Below, one piece after another: positions 24,291-31,798 of a DNA stretch of 32,000 nucleotides. Source of the DNA: Fibrobacter succinogenes subsp. succinogenes S85 (lineage in GTDB: Bacteria > Fibrobacterota > Fibrobacteria > Fibrobacterales > Fibrobacteraceae). The stretch lies in NCBI RefSeq assembly GCF_000146505.1, contig NC_017448.1, positions 1,260,001 to 1,292,000 on the forward strand. The letters run 5' to 3'. Numbering within the stretch: position 1 is the first letter of the stretch; the number at the start of each line of letters is the position of its first letter. The position numbers and the translations under genes are program-made. Under the pieces are notes generated by a model. The model ran no database searches and was not told where the DNA came from. It worked only from the letters and a program-made list of their open reading frames with translations.

Positions 24291-25886
24291 ATGAACAGAA
24301 AACAGAGAAAATCATTCGGCAAGGCATCGCTTTTCGCGTTGATTGCCGCATCACTTCCATTTACAGCCTGTAGCTACTTGGATGACATCATGCCCCCGGA
24401 ACACGACCCGGGCCATGACCACCCGATAATCAGAAGCTCGTCAAGCAATCTCGTTGAATCATCTTCATCCACCGTACGTCCCCACTCATCTTTTGAGACC
24501 TGGTACGGCTATGAAGGTATTCCGCAAATTGAAACCGGATTTGGCAACGAAACAGAATCATACGGTTACTGGCTCTCTAAAAATGATGAAAGCGAAGGCG
24601 GACTTTCTCAAATCTTCTGGCCAGCCGAAAAGGGCAACGATTACAGCGACGACGCGATGGACAATATTATTGAGCACTGCGGCGGTCTTTGCGGTACATA
24701 CTTGCTCAATAAAGGTTCTATGACCTACAATCCGTTTGTTAGCGTCGGTTTCAACCTGGTTGGCGAAAGGGTCTTCGGTGACCCGACACCAGCACCTGCA
24801 AACGCCACAAGCATGGGCGGTGTCTGCGTCACTTATGCATCTGACATGATAGTTTCGCTTGAAATGGGCCTCACCGATGAAATGGAAGAAAACGTCGGTT
24901 ACGCCGTTCCGAGCGCAACCCTCCCCAAGAGCGCTACAGGCACGACAAAGTTCCTCTCCTGGTCTGATTTCAAGCAGCCCTCCTGGTATAAGGGTTCATT
25001 CAAGATGCCCGGCGAGAAAGCAGCCCAGCAGCTCGTTTCTCTCAGATTCAAATTCCAGGGAACAAGCGGTTCTCTCGGCAGCTTCAACATTGCAGCGGTT
25101 GGCCCATACGATGGCTGCAAGGACTCCATGTTCCCGGTCTACAAGCCAACGCCGACAATCCCTGACCCGGTGGACCCGCCTGATCCGATTGATCCTCCGG
25201 CACCGACAACAAACGATTTCGAAACCTGGTTCGGTTACAACAGCATTTACCAGATTCAAACCGGTTACGATAACGGCTCCGCAACATCTGGCTACTGGTT
25301 CAGCTACGGCGACGACGTTGATGGCGGCGCTTCAAAAATCGTTTGGCCAGTAGAACTCGGCAACGAATACAGCGATGACGCCATTGATCCGGTTATTGAC
25401 TACTGCGGCGGCCTCTGCGGCACAGCAATTCTCTCCAAGGGAACTCTGACTTACAGTCCGTACGTTGGCGTAGGTTTTGGTTTGGCTGGTGAATCGAAGT
25501 ATGGCGACCTCGAACCAGCCGATGCCGCAGGCATGGGTGGCGTATGCATCTCGTACATTTCCGATGTCGCACCGGCCCTTGAAATGAGCCTCGGCGAAGA
25601 AATGGACGCAGCCATCGGTTACGCATTACCGGCAGCATTCCTCCCGAAGAGCACCGTCGGCACGACAAAGTTCCTCAAATGGTCCGACTTCAAGCAGCCC
25701 TCCTGGTACAAGGGCGCCACCAAGATCACTGGCGAACAGGCTTCTAGAATGCTTGCATCCCTCAAATTCAAGATGCAGGCAGCTCCGGGTTCCTACAACT
25801 TCAACATTCAAGCCATTGGCCCGTATAACGGAGGCACATGCAGTAACACCTTCACAGCGGGTTCCAACAAGAAGAAACGCCACTAA
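24291..25886 (+). CDS. Lipoprotein, paralog 3 of the two-module family
   Basis: Lipobox SLPFTAC|S and an AGGAGG RBS. The two modules are visibly more similar to each other than those of paralogs 1 and 2 (ETW(Y/F)GY...TG(F/Y)..., CGGLCGT, MGGVC(V/I).Y.SD, KF L.WSDFKQPSWYKG, FNI.A(V/I)GPY.G). They are joined by a Pro-rich PDPVDPPDPIDPPAP linker. Confidence 0.8.
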   Translation: MNRKQRKSFGKASLFALIAASLPFTACSYLDDIMPPEHDPGHDHPIIRSSSSNLVESSSSTVRPHSSFETWYGYEGIPQIETGFGNETESYGYWLSKNDESEGGLSQIFWPAEKGNDYSDDAMDNIIEHCGGLCGTYLLNKGSMTYNPFVSVGFNLVGERVFGDPTPAPANATSMGGVCVTYASDMIVSLEMGLTDEMEENVGYAVPSATLPKSATGTTKFLSWSDFKQPSWYKGSFKMPGEKAAQQLVSLRFKFQGTSGSLGSFNIAAVGPYDGCKDSMFPVYKPTPTIPDPVDPPDPIDPPAPTTNDFETWFGYNSIYQIQTGYDNGSATSGYWFSYGDDVDGGASKIVWPVELGNEYSDDAIDPVIDYCGGLCGTAILSKGTLTYSPYVGVGFGLAGESKYGDLEPADAAGMGGVCISYISDVAPALEMSLGEEMDAAIGYALPAAFLPKSTVGTTKFLKWSDFKQPSWYKGATKITGEQASRMLASLKFKMQAAPGSYNFNIQAIGPYNGGTCSNTFTAGSNKKKRH

Positions 25887-25915
25887 AGAAAGTCCCATAG
25901 ACATCTCCTGATATA

Positions 25916-25955
25916 AAAAAATCCGGCCTCGCATGAGGTCGGATTTTCAATTTCA
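25916..25955. repeat. Left copy of the 40-bp perfect direct repeat (bidirectional terminator hairpin)
   Basis: AAAAAATCCGGCCTCGCATGAGGTCGGATTTTCAATTTCA is identical to 29195..29234. It contains the TCCGGCCTC-gcat-GAGGTCGGA hairpin, flanked by an A-run and a T-run. Confidence 0.95.
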
Positions 25956-25972
25956 CCATGAATGAAATTTTT

Positions 25973-26812
25973 TTATTTAGACAATTCAATTTCACGACAT
26001 TTACAACCCGAATAAAGGCCTGAAAAATCAGGATCTATATTCAATTTAGCATCCTCTAAAACCTGCTTTAATTCCTTTTCGTATTTTGATTCGGCTTTCT
26101 TATCTTTTTCACTATTTTCATCATCTTCAAACGAATCAAGCCTCGGATCAAAAGTCATACGTTTGATTAAGTTATTAAAAGATTTTTTATAGGAAACAAA
26201 AACAACTTTATTTTTATCAAAGTCTTTAATTTTTTTTGAGTTTTTATCCCAAACAATAAACAATCTCAATTCTTGCTCGTAACTAAAAGCTTTTCGCTTC
26301 AGAGACATTAAGCTAACATACGAACGTTCAAGTTTATCTTCAGTAAAATTTCGCTTTTTATGAACATTTTTTATTTCGTGTTCAAATTCATATTTAGCAG
26401 CAGCAAAATATATTCTAGCACTATGTTTATCAGCAAAAGAATTTAAAGCATCCAAAAGTTCATACAAATCAAATACTACACGAATATACGGTTCATCGGA
26501 AGTTTTGCTTCTACTCCAAAAAGCTTCAGCATTTTCACTTGAGGAACTTGTAAAGCAAAGACACGCCATGTTCGGTAAAGCAACGGACTCTTTAGGCTTC
26601 CCCTCCTTATTCTTCACAACCTTAACATCGTAGAAACGTTTTTCAAAAGGATCCTCCCACAATTCTGGCGACACAAAAGCAATTTGTCGATTTTTCAACA
26701 TTTCACAAACGCGGGAAAAAGGCATATAACGACAAACTTTAGGATTTTCCCAGTCAAGAGACAATTCACCAACGAAATGAACGTTATTCCAAATAAAAGG
26801 GGATTTCTTCAT
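25973..26812 (-). CDS. DUF2971-like protein (function unknown)
   Basis: Remembered DUF2971 pattern: an early helix plus F.SP..(W/F).DPFE (here QIAFVSPELWEDPFE), a mid C..(F)T....E....W..(Y/S) block (ACLCFTSSSSENAEAFWS), and a late K...(F/W)..E.E.R (KRKAFSYEQELRLF). I prefer the ATG at 26812, which has AAGGTG 8 nt upstream. The ORF-track start at 26821 is a GTG. Confidence 0.65.
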   Translation of the reverse strand: MKKSPFIWNNVHFVGELSLDWENPKVCRYMPFSRVCEMLKNRQIAFVSPELWEDPFEKRFYDVKVVKNKEGKPKESVALPNMACLCFTSSSSENAEAFWSRSKTSDEPYIRVVFDLYELLDALNSFADKHSARIYFAAAKYEFEHEIKNVHKKRNFTEDKLERSYVSLMSLKRKAFSYEQELRLFIVWDKNSKKIKDFDKNKVVFVSYKKSFNNLIKRMTFDPRLDSFEDDENSEKDKKAESKYEKELKQVLEDAKLNIDPDFSGLYSGCKCREIELSK

Positions 26813-26836
26813 TACTAACACCTTGTGTTTATAAAA

Positions 26837-28582
26837 TCAATTGAACAGGGCGTTAATTTCATCTGCAGTGAATTGACCTTCTGCAAACATATCCGTTATT
26901 TTGGTTCCCTGTTTCCATTTGCTTGCAATGTTCCACTTGGAAATATCACCATGGAAGGAAGATTCTTGAAACATACTTTCCATATCGGTAACATTGGAAA
27001 CATTCCACTTGGAAATATCACCGCTAAAGGTTGTTTTCATAAACATCTTCTTCATATCCTTTACATGGGACACCTCCCATTGAGACAAATCCGAAGATAC
27101 GTTACATCCCCAAAACATATAACTCATATCTTCTGCCTTGGAAACATTCCATTTACTGACATCGCCACTGAATTTCGATGCAGAGAACATCGCACTCATA
27201 TCTTTTACATTAGCAACATTCCAGTTGGAAACATTACCAGAAAACGTTGTCCCATGGAACATACTTTCCATATTCGTTACACTTGAAACATCCCACTTTG
27301 AAACATCACCATCAAAATTTTCGCATTTATCAAACATTCTTTCCATATTTGTGACTTTTGACACATTCCATTGACTGATGTCACCATTGAATTTGGAGCA
27401 AGCAAACATGCTACTCATATCCTTCACATTCGAAACATTCCAGTTCGAAATATCACCCGTAAATGAGGATCCGTAAAACATCTTCATCATATTCTCAACA
27501 CGAGAAACATTCCATGTAGAAATATTCCCATTAAATTTTGATTCAAAGAACAAACTGCGCATATTGGTTACATTAGAAACATTCCAATTGCTGATATTAC
27601 CATTAAAAATAGAGCCAGAAAAGCATCCTTCCATATCGGTAACTTTGGACGTATTCCACTTACTAATGTCCCCACTAAATTTGGACTTACGGAACATTCT
27701 ATACATTCTCGTTACATTAGACACATCCCAGTTGCTGATATCACCATTAAATTCGGACTCTTCAAACATGTTACTCATATTCGTCACACTAGAAACATCC
27801 CACTTGCTGATATCACCTTTGAATTTCGAACCATCCGCGAAATTCTGACCAAACATATTACTCATATCAGTCACACTTGATACAACCCAGTTGCTAATAT
27901 CTCCATTGAATTTGGAGCTAGCAAACATGTCACTCATATTCGTTACCTTTGAGACATTCCATTTACTGATATCGCCATTAAACTCCGACTCTCCAAACAT
28001 GTTATTCATATTCGTCACATTTGAAACATTCCACTTGCTAATATCTCCATTGAATTTGGAGCTAGCAAACATGTTACTCATATCCGTCACATTTGAAACT
28101 TTCCATTTGCTGATATCGCCATTAAATTCGGAGTGTTTAAACATTCCACTCATATTCGTCACATTTGAGACATTCCACTTACTGATATCACCATTGAATT
28201 CCGATTCACTATCGGAAAAATCATCGTCAACGCAACCAAACATATTACTCATATCAGTCACACTTGATACATCCCAATTGCTAATATTTCCATTGAATTC
28301 GGAGCCAGCAAACATGCTACTCATATCCTTCACATTCGAAACATTCCATTTACTGATATCGCCATTAAACTCCGACTCTTTAAACAGATAGCTCATATCT
28401 GTAATTTGAGATACATCGATATAATTCAAATCACAATTCGGCCCTTTACTTTCAATCGCCCTTTTGATCAACGATTGAAGTTCTTCCTTTCTTTTAGGAT
28501 GGTTTGCCAATCCAGCAATCATGCTATCAAAATCGTCCATGCGATCACGTTTTTTAAATAATCTGCTAAAAAAAGACATCAT
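26837..28582 (-). CDS. BspA-type leucine-rich repeat protein (DUF285 repeats), no signal peptide
   Basis: About 20 tandem 24-25-aa repeats of F..S.FNGDIS.WNVS.VT.M..MF. The N-terminus MMSFFSRLFKKRDRMDDFDSMIAGLANHPKRKEELQSLIKRAI is hydrophilic, with no Sec or lipoprotein signal. Confidence 0.85.
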   Translation of the reverse strand: MMSFFSRLFKKRDRMDDFDSMIAGLANHPKRKEELQSLIKRAIESKGPNCDLNYIDVSQITDMSYLFKESEFNGDISKWNVSNVKDMSSMFAGSEFNGNISNWDVSSVTDMSNMFGCVDDDFSDSESEFNGDISKWNVSNVTNMSGMFKHSEFNGDISKWKVSNVTDMSNMFASSKFNGDISKWNVSNVTNMNNMFGESEFNGDISKWNVSKVTNMSDMFASSKFNGDISNWVVSSVTDMSNMFGQNFADGSKFKGDISKWDVSSVTNMSNMFEESEFNGDISNWDVSNVTRMYRMFRKSKFSGDISKWNTSKVTDMEGCFSGSIFNGNISNWNVSNVTNMRSLFFESKFNGNISTWNVSRVENMMKMFYGSSFTGDISNWNVSNVKDMSSMFACSKFNGDISQWNVSKVTNMERMFDKCENFDGDVSKWDVSSVTNMESMFHGTTFSGNVSNWNVANVKDMSAMFSASKFSGDVSKWNVSKAEDMSYMFWGCNVSSDLSQWEVSHVKDMKKMFMKTTFSGDISKWNVSNVTDMESMFQESSFHGDISKWNIASKWKQGTKITDMFAEGQFTADEINALFN

Positions 28583-28595
28583 AAGCCCCTAGTAA

Positions 28596-29105
28596 TTAAC
28601 GTTTATTCTGCGAATCAAATTTTTCGGCTAATTTTTTTTGTCTAATAATATATTCTCTACCTTTTGTATTTTGACATCCAAAACACATTTTCTTAGAGGA
28701 TTTTTTTCGTTCAACATGAGCGCCATCCACATACTCATACGAGAAAGTTTTTATTGGATTTTTGTCCTCCAAAAAAAATTTATGGCAGCAACAGCACAAA
28801 GCATACGATTGCAAACAATCATTACACAATGGCTTACCTAAAGGGCTCTTAACAGCAGAAAGCCCCTGTTCTTCATTAAATGTAGCCTCACAACGAAAAC
28901 AGGTAAACGTTTTCAATCCCGCAATACGTTTTGCTTCGGCGGCTTCCCTCAAAGCTCTAGCAGAGTCTTCAGCAGCTTGACGCTGAAGTTCTTCCATCCG
29001 TTCGCGATGTTCTTCTTCTTCAATTTTTTCGTTATAACAATCCTGACATAGCCCATCAGATAAATAACCTTCTTCCCGAACTCCACACCTTCTACACAGA
29101 GCCAT
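28596..29105 (-). CDS. Cys-rich zinc-ribbon / coiled-coil protein (169 aa, function unknown)
   Basis: N-terminal CRRC-x14-CQDC, followed by an acidic/charged helix EEEEHRERMEELQRQAAEDSARALREAAEAKR. The C-terminal part has CFRC-x22-CNDC, then a CCCCH cluster and CFGC. GAGGA RBS. It lies 13 nt upstream of the LRR gene. Confidence 0.65.
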   Translation of the reverse strand: MALCRRCGVREEGYLSDGLCQDCYNEKIEEEEHRERMEELQRQAAEDSARALREAAEAKRIAGLKTFTCFRCEATFNEEQGLSAVKSPLGKPLCNDCLQSYALCCCCHKFFLEDKNPIKTFSYEYVDGAHVERKKSSKKMCFGCQNTKGREYIIRQKKLAEKFDSQNKR

Positions 29106-29194
29106 AATATTTCCTCGTTTAAAGAATGAATTTATACTAACATGCTACATAGTAAGCAGCAATAAGCATAATTGAACTGTTAAAATATACTAAT

Positions 29195-29234
29195 AAAAAA
29201 TCCGGCCTCGCATGAGGTCGGATTTTCAATTTCA
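29195..29234. repeat. Right copy of the 40-bp perfect direct repeat (terminator of the purF-like gene)
   Basis: Identical to 25916..25955. A separate 14-bp perfect palindrome GCGGGCATGCCCGC lies at 29244..29257, between this repeat and the purF stop. Confidence 0.95.
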
Positions 29235-29275
29235 ATCAAACGTGCGGGCATGCCCGCGACATTTCGAATTGCGGA

Positions 29276-30748
29276 TTATTCCTTATCCTTTTCCTTATCG
29301 TGGCAATGGCACGGGCAATGATAGCAGTCACCCGTTTCGGCGTAGTCCTTGCCAGTCCAGCAGTAGGTGCAAAGGTCTTCTTCCGGGAGGCCGATAGCCT
29401 GAATCAAGTCGTCAATGCGCTGGAACGCAAGCGACGTGAGGTTCAGCTTCTTGCGGATGTATTCGACCATGTCCTTGTACGGCTGGCCATTCGGATCGGT
29501 GTACTTGTCCAAATCGGCGTTTTCGCCTTCCTGGTCGCGAATGTAACGGCGCGTGATGAGGTCGTATTCATTCTTGGAGCGAGAGAAGTTGATGAACTTG
29601 CACGGATAAACGAGCGGCGGGCAAGCGATACGCATGTGCGTTTCCTTGCAGCCCATTGAATAAAGTTTCTGGGCCTGCTTACCGAGCTGCGTTCCGCGAA
29701 CGATGGAGTCATCGCAGAAAACGAGGCGACGGTCCTTGATGAGACCCGGAATCGGGATGAGCTTCATCGAGGCGACATGTTCACGCTGGCGCTGGTCCTG
29801 CGGCATAAAGGAACGAGCCCAAGTCGGCGTGTACTTCACGAACGGGCGAGCAAACTTGATGCCGGCTTCGTGTGCATAGCCCAAGGCGTGAGACGTACCG
29901 GAGTCCGGAATACCGCAAGCGGCATCGGCTTCGGTCGGGGTGCGCTTCGCAAGAGCGGAACCGCAACGGTAACGGGTCATTTCCACGTTACGACCTTCGT
30001 AACTGGAGGCCGGGTAACCGTAATACACCCAGAGGAACGAACAAATTGCCATCTTCTTGCGCGGCGGAACAAGCGTCGTATCGCCATCCGGCGTGAGCTC
30101 GACCACTTCACCCGGACCAAGATCACGGACGTATTCGTAACCGAGGTTCGGAAGTGCGCAGCTTTCTTGCAAGGCGATCATGGCGCCATCCTTCTTACCA
30201 AGGATTACAGCCGTACGGCCCCACTTGTCACGGCACGCATAAAAACGCCCCGCGCTATCCATAATCAGCACGGAGCAACTTCCCTTCACCTTGTCCTGAA
30301 CGTACTTGAGACCGTCAATAATTGAATCCTGCGTAGCGATAAGCGCTGAAACAACTTCGGTCGGACCGACCATGCCACTCGTTGTAGAGAACTGGAGCTG
30401 CATGCAGTTGTTGCGGAAAAGTTCGTTCTTAATATCTTCGATGTTCGTGATGAGGCCAACAGTCACAATCGCGAACGTTCCCAGCTTGGAGGTCATGACG
30501 AGCGGCTGCGGGTCCGTGTCAGAGATGACGCCTAAGCCAACCTTGCCGGAAAAATGTGTTAAATCGTGTTCAAACTTACTGCGGAACGGAGTGTTCTGGA
30601 TGTTATGAATCGAGCGATGGAAAACACCATCCGATTTCAAAACAGCCATACCGCCGCGGTGAGTGCCAAGGTGAGAATGGTAGTCGGTTCCGTAAAAGAG
30701 ATCGCAAACGCAATCTTCTTTGGAAATAACACCACAAAAGCCGCCCAT
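29276..30748 (-). CDS. purF: Amidophosphoribosyltransferase-like class II (Ntn) glutamine amidotransferase
   Basis: The MGGFCGVIS N-terminus carries the Cys nucleophile. PRPP-binding loop VFCDDSIVRGTQ. The C-terminal C.YCWTG.DY is typical of PurF. I prefer the start at the second Met (30748) over the ORF-track start at 30787. Confidence 0.72.
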   Translation of the reverse strand: MGGFCGVISKEDCVCDLFYGTDYHSHLGTHRGGMAVLKSDGVFHRSIHNIQNTPFRSKFEHDLTHFSGKVGLGVISDTDPQPLVMTSKLGTFAIVTVGLITNIEDIKNELFRNNCMQLQFSTTSGMVGPTEVVSALIATQDSIIDGLKYVQDKVKGSCSVLIMDSAGRFYACRDKWGRTAVILGKKDGAMIALQESCALPNLGYEYVRDLGPGEVVELTPDGDTTLVPPRKKMAICSFLWVYYGYPASSYEGRNVEMTRYRCGSALAKRTPTEADAACGIPDSGTSHALGYAHEAGIKFARPFVKYTPTWARSFMPQDQRQREHVASMKLIPIPGLIKDRRLVFCDDSIVRGTQLGKQAQKLYSMGCKETHMRIACPPLVYPCKFINFSRSKNEYDLITRRYIRDQEGENADLDKYTDPNGQPYKDMVEYIRKKLNLTSLAFQRIDDLIQAIGLPEEDLCTYCWTGKDYAETGDCYHCPCHCHDKEKDKE

Positions 30749-30971
30749 ATAAGACTCCTGGATAGAAAAAGGATTTTCCACGCACAAAAATAGAAATCTT
30801 AAGCAATATTCAAGCCCTAAAAAGCGAAAATTTTTATTTCAACCACTGGGCAGGCCCGCAAATGGCCATATTTTTTGCTTACGCTCCCAATTGGAATAAT
30901 GCCCCATTTTGATTTGGGACCATTTAAGTATATATTGATATAAAAGCATACATTTTCAGAAGGGGAAGCAT

Positions 30972-31721
30972 ATGGAAATTAAAGCCGTACGCATGTTTGA
31001 CCATGGTTTCATGAACCAGGCGTTTGCCTTTGGCGGTGAAGAAGGCAAGGACAAGTTTGACGAACAGATTATCTACCGCAGTAGTCTGCAAAACTTTCTC
31101 ATCGACACCGGGAGCGAAGTCATCCTCGTTGATACGGGGTTCGTCAACGACTTTGCAGCACCCGAAAAGAAGCTTGGCGCACCGCTTTACATGGGAGAAA
31201 AGCTAAAGGACTACACCCAAGCTTTTGCGGAACTCGGTTACAAGCCCGAGCAAGTCACTAAAATTCTCATCACGCACAAGCATCCGGACCATTCCGCGGC
31301 CATCCAATACTTCCCGAATGCGAAGGTTTTCGTTTCGCCTGAAGATGCCGACGCCATGAAACTTGAAGGCGCAAACATCGTGCGCTGCACTTACAAGGAC
31401 GGACCTTATCACAACTTCCCGAAATGCGAAAAAATCGCAAACGGAATCTATTTCATTGAAGCGAAGGGACACACCAAAGGCAACAGCATCATCGTCGTCG
31501 AAAACGACGGACTCTTCTACATGATGCATGGCGATGTGACCTACTGCGATGCCGCCCTCAAGGCGAACAAGTTAAGCATCGTTTTTGAAGACATCACTGC
31601 CGCCCGCGAAACGCTCGACTGTGTCCGCGAATTTGTCGCCAACAACCCGACCGTTTACCTCTCGACGCATTGCCCCGAAGGCTACGAAAATCTCGAAATG
31701 AAGCGCGTGATGAAACTGTAG
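30972..31721 (+). CDS. MBL-fold metallo-hydrolase
   Basis: ILITHKHPDHSAAI matches the HxHxDH motif. GHTKGN and the later H/D ligands (MMHGD, STHCPE) are spaced as expected for a beta-lactamase fold. Confidence 0.85.
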   Translation: MEIKAVRMFDHGFMNQAFAFGGEEGKDKFDEQIIYRSSLQNFLIDTGSEVILVDTGFVNDFAAPEKKLGAPLYMGEKLKDYTQAFAELGYKPEQVTKILITHKHPDHSAAIQYFPNAKVFVSPEDADAMKLEGANIVRCTYKDGPYHNFPKCEKIANGIYFIEAKGHTKGNSIIVVENDGLFYMMHGDVTYCDAALKANKLSIVFEDITAARETLDCVREFVANNPTVYLSTHCPEGYENLEMKRVMKL

Positions 31722-31752
31722 AAAGTTCCGCAGTTAAACCAGCAACTTTGTC

Positions 31753-31779
31753 GCCCCGGACGCCGTTCCGGGGCATTTT
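31753..31779. terminator. Bidirectional terminator between convergent genes
   Basis: GCCCCGGA-cgccgt-TCCGGGGC (perfect 8-bp stem) followed by ATTTT. Confidence 0.7.
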
Positions 31780-31798
31780 CATTTAATTTTTCATTTAA

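Noticed and set aside
26825-28391. Several + strand ORFs (26825..27286, 27138..27374, 27564..27848, 27891..28391) with repetitive ISPLNSDS-like peptides
   Set aside because: They are periodic shadows of the DUF285 repeat gene on the minus strand. The periodicity comes from the minus-strand repeats.
26837-28582. Regular ~72-75-bp DNA periodicity that could be mistaken for a CRISPR array or satellite
   Set aside because: The repeats are contiguous with no unique spacers, they are imperfect, and they lie entirely within one open reading frame that encodes a recognisable LRR consensus.
29244-29257. 14-bp perfect palindrome GCGGGCATGCCCGC after the purF stop, as a second terminator or recombination site
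   Set aside because: It is not followed by a T-run on the minus strand, and it lies outside the duplicated 40-mer. It is probably just an accessory stem of the purF 3' end. There is no evidence it is an att core.
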